From assembly GCA_046546105.1 (NCBI GenBank), contig JBKGYN010000004.1, positions 1 through 61,883 of the forward strand: a DNA stretch of 61,883 bases. The letters run 5' to 3'. The first letter of the stretch is position 1; each line of letters begins with the position of its first letter. Shown in pieces: positions 18,713 through 27,356 of this stretch. The notes beneath the pieces were generated by a model. That model was not told the origin of the DNA, searched no databases, and was given only the letters and a program-made list of their open reading frames with translations. The stretch comes from Candidatus Woesearchaeota archaeon (lineage in GTDB: Archaea > Nanobdellota > Nanobdellia > Woesearchaeales > SKGA01). The position numbers were made by a program, and so were the translations under genes.

Positions 18713-21319
18713 TCATTCAAGGATGATCGCCGGCTTGCCAGGTGATGCCTGCTGCGCCTTGTCCTCGCTGCTATCTTCAGCGCGTTCAATCACGACTTCG
18801 GCGTCAAAATCTCCTTTCAACTCCTCGCTCAATTCTTCAAGAGCCTCGCGCTCTCTCTCCTGACCGAGAAGCACGGACGGAATCTTGGACGGATCCTTGA
18901 GACAAGCAGGGATGAGCTTTGTGATCTGCTTGCCGTGGGTTCTCAAGTCGGTCTTCATGATCTCAGGAATGATCTCTTTGGGATTACGGGTCTTCTCGAT
19001 AAGCCCTTTGAACACGTCAAAGAACTCATACTTCCACTCCGGCGAAATAATCAGCTTGATCCTTGACGGATCTGTAATGTTAGCGATCTTCATCAAGTTG
19101 TTGAGATCAGCTTTGACATTAGCATGGAATTTCTCAACGTATTCTGCAGTATCATCGATAAGATCAGGATCGAATGCAGGCCAGGTTGCTGTGCTGATGT
19201 ATGGTTCGTTACCGAGCTGCTCCCACCATTCCTCCGTGAGGTGAGGACAGAACGGGTTGAGGAGAATCAAGAAGCTTTCAAGATCATCTTTAGCGATCTC
19301 ATCATCGAATGAGGAGAAGAGTTCCCTGATCTTGATCGTTGCCAAGTTATAACGGAACTTATCGATATCCTCGCTGACATCCCTGATGGCGCGCTGGACC
19401 TTGCTCTTTACTTTATCCGAGGATGAGCCGAGCTTGACAGATTGCATGTACTTACCAACACGCTTGATGAATTTCAAGCTACCTTCGATACCAGCCTCGC
19501 TCCAGTCGATGTCCTTATCCGGAGATGCGACACTGACAAGGAAGAACCTCGCAGTATCGATACCGTACTTCTCGGAAACAGTTTCAGGAACCTTGACGTT
19601 ACCTTTGCTCTTTGACATCTTATTGCCGTCCTCACCATGAAGCATTCCTTGATGGAACAACCGCAAGACGGGCTCGTCAAAATCAAGAAGACCGATGTCG
19701 CGGAGGAACTTCGTGTAGAAACGGAAATAGATCAGATGCATACATGCATGCTCAGCACCACCGATGTACTGGTCCACAGGAGCCCAATGATTTGCTTTCT
19801 CCGGATCGAAAATCGCATCGTCATTGTGCGGATCGGTGTACCTGAGAAAATACCACGAGGAATTGACGAAGGTGTCCATGGTGTCGGTCTCGCGCTTAGC
19901 AGCACCACCGCACTGGGGGCAGGATGTGTTGATGAATGAATCGTTTGTCTCAAGCGGGTTGCCTTTACCAAACTCAATATCGCGAGGAAGTTCGACAGGC
20001 AGATCCTTTTCAGGAACAGGCACAGCACCGCACTTCTCGCAGTGGATAATCGGAATAGGCGTTCCCCAGTAGCGTTGCCGGGAGATGCCCCAATCGCGAA
20101 GCTTGAAATTGACCGTCTTTTCAGCAACACCTTTGTTCACGAGCCAGTCAGTGATTTTCTCTTTAGCCTTATCGTTATCTAGACCGTCGAACTCGCCGGA
20201 ATTAACGAGCTTGCCAGCATCAGTGAACGCTCGCTTCGTGATATCGCCGTCAATGACCTGCTTGATATCAATACCGTACTTCTTCGCGAACTCGAAATCT
20301 CGCTGATCGTGAGCTGGCACTGCCATGACCATGCCAGAACCGTAGTCTGCAACGACGAAATTACCTGCATAGACAGGAACCTTCATGCCAGTAGCAGGGT
20401 TTGTCGCATACGCGCCTGTGAAGACTCCTTCTTTTTCCATAGAATCAATATCTTTTTCAGACACGCTACGAAGCTTTTTCAAAAACGCATTGACTTCGTC
20501 TTTCTGTTCGTCACTCGCGATATCAAGAAGCCGGGAATGCTGGGCGGAGATGACCATGAAGGTCACGCCAAAGATCGTGTCAGGACGGGTGGTGAACACA
20601 GGCCACTTCTCACCATCGATCTCGAACTCGATTTCAGTACCGTGAGACTTGCCGATCCAGTTCTTCTGCATCGCCTTGGTGCGGTCTGGCCAGTCATCGA
20701 GATTATCGATATTATCATACAACTCCTGCACATATGCGGTCGTCTTGAGAAACCATTGCTTGAGGTGCTTGACCTCGACATCAGTATCCTCGTGACGCCA
20801 GCACTTGCCACCCTCGACCTGCTCGTTAGCGAGAACGGTATTGCACTTCGGACACCAATTGACTGCAGAGGTCTTCTGGTACGCAAGGCCTTTCTCGAAC
20901 ATCTTGAGAAAAATCCACTGATCCCACTTGTAATACTCCGGATCGGCCGTGCTGATGACGCGACTCCAATCATAACTCAAGCCAAGACTCTTCTGCTGCT
21001 TGATATAATGCTTGATAGAGGAGTCGGTGTATTCTTTAGGATGGGTGCCTGCCTTGACAGCGGCGTTTTCAGCAGGAAGGCCTAGGGCATCATAACCCAT
21101 AGGGTGCAAGACGTTATAACCGCGAAGAAGCTTATTACGAGCATGGATATCGCCGATGACGTAATTGAGGGCGTGACCCATATGAAGCCCTGAACCTGAA
21201 GGGTAGGGAAACATCTCGAGGATATAATACTTCTCTTTAGAATCGTCTTCAGTCACTTCAAAGACCTTGTCTTCATCCCACTTCTGCTGCCACTTCTTCT
21301 CGATAGCCTTGAAATCCAT
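18713..21319 (-). CDS. leuS: Leucyl-tRNA synthetase (bacterial-type core)
   Basis: EMFPYPSGSGLHMGH, TTRPDT editing motif, KMSKSKGN; start moved to ATG 21319. Confidence 0.96.
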   Translation of the reverse strand: MDFKAIEKKWQQKWDEDKVFEVTEDDSKEKYYILEMFPYPSGSGLHMGHALNYVIGDIHARNKLLRGYNVLHPMGYDALGLPAENAAVKAGTHPKEYTDSSIKHYIKQQKSLGLSYDWSRVISTADPEYYKWDQWIFLKMFEKGLAYQKTSAVNWCPKCNTVLANEQVEGGKCWRHEDTDVEVKHLKQWFLKTTAYVQELYDNIDNLDDWPDRTKAMQKNWIGKSHGTEIEFEIDGEKWPVFTTRPDTIFGVTFMVISAQHSRLLDIASDEQKDEVNAFLKKLRSVSEKDIDSMEKEGVFTGAYATNPATGMKVPVYAGNFVVADYGSGMVMAVPAHDQRDFEFAKKYGIDIKQVIDGDITKRAFTDAGKLVNSGEFDGLDNDKAKEKITDWLVNKGVAEKTVNFKLRDWGISRQRYWGTPIPIIHCEKCGAVPVPEKDLPVELPRDIEFGKGNPLETNDSFINTSCPQCGGAAKRETDTMDTFVNSSWYFLRYTDPHNDDAIFDPEKANHWAPVDQYIGGAEHACMHLIYFRFYTKFLRDIGLLDFDEPVLRLFHQGMLHGEDGNKMSKSKGNVKVPETVSEKYGIDTARFFLVSVASPDKDIDWSEAGIEGSLKFIKRVGKYMQSVKLGSSSDKVKSKVQRAIRDVSEDIDKFRYNLATIKIRELFSSFDDEIAKDDLESFLILLNPFCPHLTEEWWEQLGNEPYISTATWPAFDPDLIDDTAEYVEKFHANVKADLNNLMKIANITDPSRIKLIISPEWKYEFFDVFKGLIEKTRNPKEIIPEIMKTDLRTHGKQITKLIPACLKDPSKIPSVLLGQEREREALEELSEELKGDFDAEVVIERAEDSSEDKAQQASPGKPAIILE

Positions 21320-21420
21320 CCTGAACACCACTCTGTGTAATATATATAATAGTATCTTGAGCTGAAATGGGCCGTTATTTAAAACTATTGCGTATAGGTA
21401 CTTGAGAACTTCAACCGTGA

Positions 21421-21840
21421 AGGGCCGGTAGTGGAGAGATTTTGTGTTCCTCCTGACCATGCACCGTCTTATTGTATTAGGTTGATAATTAAAGTGGGGC
21501 GGCGCCTGATAGTGGAAAAACTTCGTTTCTCCTGACCAGTCCCCGCCTTATTAGTTATTTGGTTAAGAAAGAAATGAGAGGGCGGCGCCTGATAGCGGAG
21601 AAACTTTGTTCCTCCTGACCAGTCCCCGCCGTAGTATATGAAAATTAAGAATGGGGCGGCGCCTGGGATTTCCTGAAGCTCTGAAGGATGCCGACACGCG
21701 AGTGTCGAGCACTTCGAAGCCCAAAGCCGAACGCTTTCCGAAGAAAAGAGGGCGGCGCCTGATAGCGGAGAAACTTTGTTCCTCCTGACCAGTCCCCGCC
21801 GTAGTATATGAAAATTAAGAATGGGGCGGCGCCTGGGATT
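21421..21840 (-). repeat. tRNA-His-linked tandem repeats
   Basis: Three 50-nt modules (21498-21547, 21581-21630, 21751-21800) plus a degenerate one (21421-21468); exact 94-bp direct repeat at 21577-21670 and 21747-21840. Confidence 0.95.
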
Positions 21841-21947
21841 CGAACCCAGACTAAGGGATTTCTGCATGCGCTGTGCGAAAGCCCGTGCGGGCTCTGCGTA
21901 TACGCTGCCACAGTCCCTTGTGCTAACCAGGTTACACTAACGCCACC
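21822..21947 (-). tRNA. tRNA-His(GUG) with 48-nt intron at 37/38, encoded G-1 and CCA
   Basis: Exon 1 21947-21908, intron 21907-21860, exon 2 21859-21822; G-1:C73 pair; central BHB helix CTGT/GCAG with GGC and AAA bulges. Confidence 0.93.
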
Positions 21948-22264
21948 ATCAGCAAATTACAGTCCGGTAAATCCAAACGATTTTTAAAGGTTGCGTCATT
22001 TCTACAGGGATCGATGAGATGGGTCAGGGTAATGGGCCGCAAACCACAGGTTTTATAAATAAGGTGGTGTTCCCGTCACCTGTTGAGTTAGTATTTCCCG
22101 AGTTCACGCGTCGAGGGAACAAGAAACTGTTTTTTTTCCGCAAAAAAATGCTGGGAAAAAACACTTGTTCTACCAAATGTCGATGCGAGACAGAATCATT
22201 GATGCAACGGTCATCAAATGATTGATCAATATCTCAAGAGGAAAAACAAAACGGTTGAATCACA

Positions 22265-22798
22265 ATGGCAAAGAAACAGTCATCATCAAAGAATGCATCG
22301 AAGGATGCTTCGCAACAGAAAAAGTCTGTAGAACAGGATGAGAACTTCAGGCATATAGTCCGTGTAGCGAACACTGATCTCCATGGGGGAAAACCGCTCT
22401 ATCTGGCGCTCCAGAAAATCAAAGGGGTCGGCGAGAATTTCGCGCGGATCGCCTGTAAGATTTCAGGTTATGATACTATGACCTTGACAGGAACTCTTTC
22501 TGAAAAACAGGCTGGAGAGATTGAGGTGGTCATCAAGGATCCTGTAAAAGCAGGCATTCCTTCGTGGATGTATAATGCTCAGAAAGATTACGAATCCGGC
22601 GAGGATTTTCATCTGCTCCATTCAGACCTTGATTTCAAGCAGGATAATGATATCAAGCGGAAGAAGAAGATGAAATCCAATGTCGGTCTCAGGCACCAAT
22701 GGAAACTGCCTGTGAGAGGACAACGGACAAAATCACACTTCAGGCCTAACGCTGGTAAAGGATCAGCAGTCAAGAAACGGTCATCTATCAGAAAATAA
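22265..22798 (+). CDS. rps13: 30S ribosomal protein S13 (uS13)
   Basis: FRHIVRVANTDL, KIKGVG, GLRHQWKLPVRGQRTKS. Confidence 0.96.
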   Translation: MAKKQSSSKNASKDASQQKKSVEQDENFRHIVRVANTDLHGGKPLYLALQKIKGVGENFARIACKISGYDTMTLTGTLSEKQAGEIEVVIKDPVKAGIPSWMYNAQKDYESGEDFHLLHSDLDFKQDNDIKRKKKMKSNVGLRHQWKLPVRGQRTKSHFRPNAGKGSAVKKRSSIRK

Positions 22799-22819
22799 TC
22801 AGAGGGTAGGCGTTAGAAA

Positions 22820-23509
22820 ATGGGACAACCAAAAAGAATCCGACGAAAATATGATACTCCGAATCATCCGTGGATCAAATCACGAATCGACGACGAGAAA
22901 CGTCTGGCAAAAGATTTCGGGACAAAGAACAAGAAAGAGATCTGGAGAATGGAAACCGTTCTCAAGAAACTGAAGAGCCAGGCAAAATACCTCATCGCAG
23001 CAACGGGCGATCAGGCAGAAGTAGAAAAAGAACATCTCTTCCGACGAACTAAAGATCTCGGTTTAGCAGGAAGTGATGTCAGCTTCGACCGCATCCTCGG
23101 TCTCACGCTTGACGATGTCATGTCACGTCGACTCCAGACAGTCGTTTACAAGAAAGGTCTTGCACGATCAGTGAATCAGGCGCGACAGTTCATCACTCAC
23201 GAACACATCCTTGTAGATGGCCGGACAATCACTTCGCCTGCATACTTGGTAACTGTTGCTGAAGAAGCTCACGTGGAGTTCTCACCGTCGTCATCCCTCT
23301 ATAGCGAAGAGCACCCTGAGCGAGCATCCTCTCAAGAGACAGAGAACGCGAAGGCTCCGAAGATGGAACCGCAAACCGAAGAAGAATCTTCTGAAAAAAA
23401 ATCTGGAACGAAGAAAGATGAAGCGAAAGCGGAACAGCCTTCTGAAGAAAAGCAGGGAAATGCAACTGAGAACAACAAAACAACCGATGAGAAAGGTGAG
23501 AACAAATGA
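22820..23509 (+). CDS. rps4: 30S ribosomal protein S4 (uS4) with acidic C-terminal extension
   Basis: [36 protein letters not shown]. Confidence 0.96.
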   Translation: MGQPKRIRRKYDTPNHPWIKSRIDDEKRLAKDFGTKNKKEIWRMETVLKKLKSQAKYLIAATGDQAEVEKEHLFRRTKDLGLAGSDVSFDRILGLTLDDVMSRRLQTVVYKKGLARSVNQARQFITHEHILVDGRTITSPAYLVTVAEEAHVEFSPSSSLYSEEHPERASSQETENAKAPKMEPQTEEESSEKKSGTKKDEAKAEQPSEEKQGNATENNKTTDEKGENK

Positions 23510-23907
23510 GATTCGATAGGAATGTCAGATGGGCAGTCGCTCACATCTACGCATCGTATAACGATACGATAATCCATATCACCGATGTCACAGGAGCAGA
23601 GTCTCTAGCACTAACAAGCGGTGGACAGGTGGTCAAGAGCCACAGGCTCGAGTCCAGTCCCACAGCAGCTATGAGGGCGGCAAAACAAGCTGCAGAGGTT
23701 GCCAAAGAAAAAGGCATCGGAGGACTACATATCAAAGTCAGAGCGCCAGGCGGACACAACGGTCCAATGAACCCAGGACCGGGTAGTCAGGCGGCAGTAC
23801 GAGCATTGTCCCGAATGGGACTGCGAATCGGGTTCATCGAGGACGTTACTCCAGTACCTCACGGCGGATGCCGGAAGAAAGGAGGACGACGAGGACGGCG
23901 ACCATAA
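23506..23907 (+). CDS. rps11: 30S ribosomal protein S11 (uS11)
   Basis: [27 protein letters not shown]. Confidence 0.97.
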   Translation: MRFDRNVRWAVAHIYASYNDTIIHITDVTGAESLALTSGGQVVKSHRLESSPTAAMRAAKQAAEVAKEKGIGGLHIKVRAPGGHNGPMNPGPGSQAAVRALSRMGLRIGFIEDVTPVPHGGCRKKGGRRGRRP

Positions 23908-23940
23908 GCATAAAGGTCTCCGTTTGACAGGTGTCTTGCA

Positions 23941-24723
23941 ATGAAACTGACAGTCCATGAGAAATCCGACGAGAAGCTGATATTCACGCTTAAAGACGTG
24001 ACTTCAGCATATGCTAACACGCTTCGGCGGCTGATGGTTGGTGAAGTGCCGACCATGGCAATCGAAGATGTGACATTCGATAAGAACGACTCAATATTAT
24101 ATGATGAGATCCTTGCTCACCGGCTGGGGCTTGTAGTATTCAAGACCGATCTTGAATCTTATAACATGACGAGCGTGTGCCAATGTGAAGGTGCGGGTTG
24201 CGCTCAATGCCAGCTTAAGGTGACGCTAAGCGCTGAAGGTCCTAAAACAGTTTATGCAAAGGACCTCAAAAGTGCTGATCCGAATGTGAAACCGATATAT
24301 CCGAACACTGTACTCGTACGGCTCCTTGAGGGGCAGAAACTAGAGTTTGAAGCGATTGCAACTCTTGGAACCGGGAAAGAACACAGCAAATGGAATCCGG
24401 GGCTTGTATGGTACTACCACGACTCGACCATCAAGGTCGACAACAAGCATAAGGACTTCCAGAAGTTCAAGGATCGGTATCCGCCGCAAATATTCAACAA
24501 GAACGGCGAAATCGAGAAGGGAAGGATCTCGACACCACAGCTCATCGATGCAGTGATGGATGTCAATCCGGAGATTGTTGATGTCTCCCTTGACAGATCT
24601 GCGTTCGTGTTCCATGTGGAGTCATTCGGTGCAATGCCTGCACAGGAGATCGTCACTCGAGCACTTGATGTGTTCGACAGTCAAGTAAAGGAATTTGAAG
24701 GGCTGGTGAAAAAGCAGCTCTAA
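23941..24723 (+). CDS. rpoD: RNA polymerase subunit D (Rpo3)
   Basis: ANTLRRLMVGEVPTMAIE, EILAHRLGL, CQCEGAGCAQC, GKEHSKW. Confidence 0.96.
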   Translation: MKLTVHEKSDEKLIFTLKDVTSAYANTLRRLMVGEVPTMAIEDVTFDKNDSILYDEILAHRLGLVVFKTDLESYNMTSVCQCEGAGCAQCQLKVTLSAEGPKTVYAKDLKSADPNVKPIYPNTVLVRLLEGQKLEFEAIATLGTGKEHSKWNPGLVWYYHDSTIKVDNKHKDFQKFKDRYPPQIFNKNGEIEKGRISTPQLIDAVMDVNPEIVDVSLDRSAFVFHVESFGAMPAQEIVTRALDVFDSQVKEFEGLVKKQL

Positions 24724-24764
24724 AACAGTTCCATCAGAGATCGATCATCACGCTCAGTTATTGT

Positions 24765-24890
24765 GCGGGAGTGCCGGAGACGGTCGCTACGTTCGCGATC
24801 CGTTCGTAGTGCTCGCCGGAGTGGTCAAACGGGCACGGTTGAGGGCCGTGTGGCTTAGTGCCTGCGAGGGTTCGAAACCCTTCTCCCGCA
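24765..24890 (+). tRNA. tRNA-Leu(GAG) with 42-nt non-canonical intron at 15/16
   Basis: Acceptor GCGGGAG/CTCCCGC, anticodon GAG at 24841-43, long variable arm; removing 24780-24821 restores the D-arm. Confidence 0.9.
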
Positions 24891-24991
24891 CTATCACTTT
24901 CCAACCTGAAAAAAACACGATCAAGGATGATCAAAGCGATGGAAACAGAACATCAACAGATACTAAGAAACAAGAGATTGTTGTGATCAAG

Positions 24992-25348
24992 ATGAAACGA
25001 ATCAAGAACGACTATGTGGAGGAGCTCATCAAGGAGCTGAAAACCCTCGCTATCAAAGAGGAGAAACCTCTCTGGAAACGGATAGCGACAGAGCTTGAAA
25101 AGCCAACCAGGCAAAAGCGTGAAGTCAATATCTTCAAGATAGAGAAGTTCGCCCGTGATGGAGAGACGGTCATCGTTCCAGGCAAGGTCCTCGGCAGCGG
25201 TGCAATCAACAAGAAAGTGACTGTAGCTGCACTGAATTTCTCAGACAGTGCTCGTGACAAGATTCTCTCAAAGAAAGGAGATGCACTCAGCATACAAGCT
25301 CTGATGGAGAAAAACCCGGGAGCTGAAAACATCCGTATCATGGGGTAA
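24992..25348 (+). CDS. rpl18e: 50S ribosomal protein L18e (eL18)
   Basis: WKRIATELEKPTR, VIVPGKVLGSG; true start ATG 24992. Confidence 0.95.
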   Translation: MKRIKNDYVEELIKELKTLAIKEEKPLWKRIATELEKPTRQKREVNIFKIEKFARDGETVIVPGKVLGSGAINKKVTVAALNFSDSARDKILSKKGDALSIQALMEKNPGAENIRIMG

Positions 25349-25354
25349 GCGAAA

Positions 25355-25765
25355 ATGATAGTCATAGATGCAAATAATATGATTCTTGGAAGACTCGCAA
25401 CCTACGCTGCAAAACAAGCATTGCTTGGACAGGAGGTGCGAGTTATCAATGCCGAAAAGGCAGTCCTCTCTGGCAAGAAAGCGAACACGATCGCAGAACT
25501 TTCCAGGCGCAACGAGCAAGGAATACCGGCCAAAGGTCCTTTCCTGCCGAAAATGCCGGATAGATTCGTGCGAAAGACGATTCGCGGAATGCTGCCATAC
25601 AAGCAACCGAAAGGGGCTGAAGCTTTCAAACGGATTCTCTGTTACAGCGGAGTCCCGGAGGAATTCAAAGAGGCAAAGCCAGTGGAAATCAACAATGCTT
25701 CTGCAGGAAAACTACCGACACTCAATAAGATCACTGTCGGTGAAGCTCTCAAACGATTCAGGTGA
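25355..25765 (+). CDS. rpl13: 50S ribosomal protein L13 (uL13)
   Basis: IDANNMILGRLA, PDRFVRKTIRGMLPYK. Confidence 0.96.
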   Translation: MIVIDANNMILGRLATYAAKQALLGQEVRVINAEKAVLSGKKANTIAELSRRNEQGIPAKGPFLPKMPDRFVRKTIRGMLPYKQPKGAEAFKRILCYSGVPEEFKEAKPVEINNASAGKLPTLNKITVGEALKRFR

Positions 25766-26166
25766 AATTCATGAAATCAATCGTCACATCAGGAAAACGA
25801 AAGACGGCTATTGCACGAGCGACCCTCAAGCAGGGATCCGGCAAGGTCACTATCAACAACCTTTCACTAGATGCATACGAGCCGGCAATGGCACGACTCA
25901 AACTCAAAGAACCGCTCATCCTCGCAGGAAATGACGCTGGAAAAGTCGATATTTCCGTCAATGTGAGAGGGGGCGGAGTAATGAGCCAGACAGATGCAGC
26001 AAGACTTGCAATAGGTCGAGCACTCGCTGAAAAGTATGAAAAGCTAAAGGATGTCTTTACCGATTATGACAGGCAGCTTCTTGTAGCTGATGTCAGGCGT
26101 CGTGAAGTGTCCAAGCCGAACAGCCAAGGTAATCCTCGGGCAAAGCGGCAGAAATCCTACCGTTAA
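25762..26166 (+). CDS. rps9: 30S ribosomal protein S9 (uS9); may start at ATG 25771
   Basis: SGKRKTAIARA, VRGGGVMSQ, RAKRQKSYR. Confidence 0.97.
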   Translation: MKFMKSIVTSGKRKTAIARATLKQGSGKVTINNLSLDAYEPAMARLKLKEPLILAGNDAGKVDISVNVRGGGVMSQTDAARLAIGRALAEKYEKLKDVFTDYDRQLLVADVRRREVSKPNSQGNPRAKRQKSYR

Positions 26167-26171
26167 ACAGG

Positions 26172-26197
26172 ATGGGGCTTTTTCCCATATTTTTTTT
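26172..26197 (+). terminator. Hairpin plus T-tract after rps9
   Basis: ATGGG/CCCAT stem followed by a T run. Confidence 0.5.
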
Positions 26198-26256
26198 ATA
26201 ATATCACATCGTTGATGGAACAACACCATCACCGAACATGAGGACGTGAAGAAAAA

Positions 26257-26454
26257 ATGATTATTCCAATCAGATGCATCAGTTGCGGAAAGCCGATCGG
26301 TCATCTCTGGGAGAACTACCAGGATAAGATCGCTAAAGGCGAAGATAAGAAGAAAGCCATGGATGAATTAGGACTCGAGCGATACTGCTGCAGGTCAGTT
26401 TTCATGGGCCATGTCGATCTTATGGATACGGCATCAGCTTTCAAGAAGTTTTGA
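26257..26454 (+). CDS. rpoN: RNA polymerase subunit N (Rpo10)
   Basis: MIIPIRCISCGK...LGLERYCCR. Confidence 0.97.
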   Translation: MIIPIRCISCGKPIGHLWENYQDKIAKGEDKKKAMDELGLERYCCRSVFMGHVDLMDTASAFKKF

Positions 26455-26518
26455 GATTTTTTTCCTTTCTTTCCTAAACGTTTAGATATAGGGTTCTTCT
26501 TTTCTATAGAAGTCTTTA

Positions 26519-27088
26519 TTACACGTCAAGACCGTTTTCCCGTAAGAAGGTGATAAGCTCGTTCATGGGAATTGCGCTGATGATAAGAGGGTACTTTCCC
26601 TGGAAACGCTCGGTGAAACGAAGCACGCCATCACTATCGAAACCAGCAGCGAAATCAGTGACAGGATACCGGTTGATGTAATCATCGATTTCGCTCTCTC
26701 TTAGGTGCCTGAAGGTCACTGAATTCTTATCGACAACAGAGCGCATCGTATCTTCAGAGGTATTATAGACCGAGACGCTTGCGAGGATATCGACCGTGTT
26801 GCCTGAAAACGATTTCAACATCTCCTTGGCTTCAGCATTGTCTCTAGGCTTCTCATAGATCTTATTGTCAAAGACGACAAACAAATCACCCGAGACGATG
26901 ATCGCATCTGAAACCTTCTTTGCCACCTCGCGAGCCTTCGCTTCAGATAATTTCCTGTTGAGAACATATGGGTCTTCATCGCGTATGGACTTCTCATCAA
27001 ATTGGCTGGGGATGATGTCGTACTCCAGACCGAGAATGTCGAGGGCTTTCTTCCGATCAGGTGATCTTGATGCAAGGATGAGTTTCAT
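26519..27088 (-). CDS. maf: Maf family nucleoside triphosphate pyrophosphatase
   Basis: LILASRSPDRK, LSEAKA, IYEKP; start moved to ATG 27088. Confidence 0.85.
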   Translation of the reverse strand: MKLILASRSPDRKKALDILGLEYDIIPSQFDEKSIRDEDPYVLNRKLSEAKAREVAKKVSDAIIVSGDLFVVFDNKIYEKPRDNAEAKEMLKSFSGNTVDILASVSVYNTSEDTMRSVVDKNSVTFRHLRESEIDDYINRYPVTDFAAGFDSDGVLRFTERFQGKYPLIISAIPMNELITFLRENGLDV

Positions 27089-27167
27089 GATGCTTGAAGT
27101 TTTTTCTAGCAGTATATAAATCCTGCGAAGCTGGTCTGACAAGCATAGTTTTATAAGACTCCGATAC

Positions 27168-27356
27168 TCATGCTGTATCTATGGAGCTTTCTTTCAGACG
27201 ACGATTCGGACTCATGTCAGCAGGTGTCGGGGTCATCCTGTCATTTATCGCGTCAATGACGAACACTTTGGATCTGGCGCTTATTATCGCATCGACGTTT
27301 CTAATACTGTTCGGTATCGTGCTCTGGTTTATCGGATGAGCAGGACTTCCTTTCAC
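27168..27356 (-). CDS. Small hypothetical protein
   Basis: 62-aa ORF overlapping the stop of the upstream gene by 4 nt. Confidence 0.4.
   Translation of the reverse strand: MKGSPAHPINQSTIPNSIRNVDAIISARSKVFVIDAINDRMTPTPADMSPNRRLKESSIDTA

Noticed and set aside
21421-21840. CRISPR array
   Set aside because: Units are 50-94 nt, derive from the tRNA 3' end, some spacers are themselves repeated, and no cas genes are present.
21469-21911. ORFs 21469-21867 and 21645-21911 sharing the peptide PGAAPFLIFIYYGGDWSGG
   Set aside because: The shared peptide is just the 94-bp DNA repeat translated; both ORFs overlap tRNA-His.
24761-24991. 77-aa N-terminal extension of eL18
   Set aside because: It is read-through of the tRNA-Leu gene; the homologous protein begins at ATG 24992.
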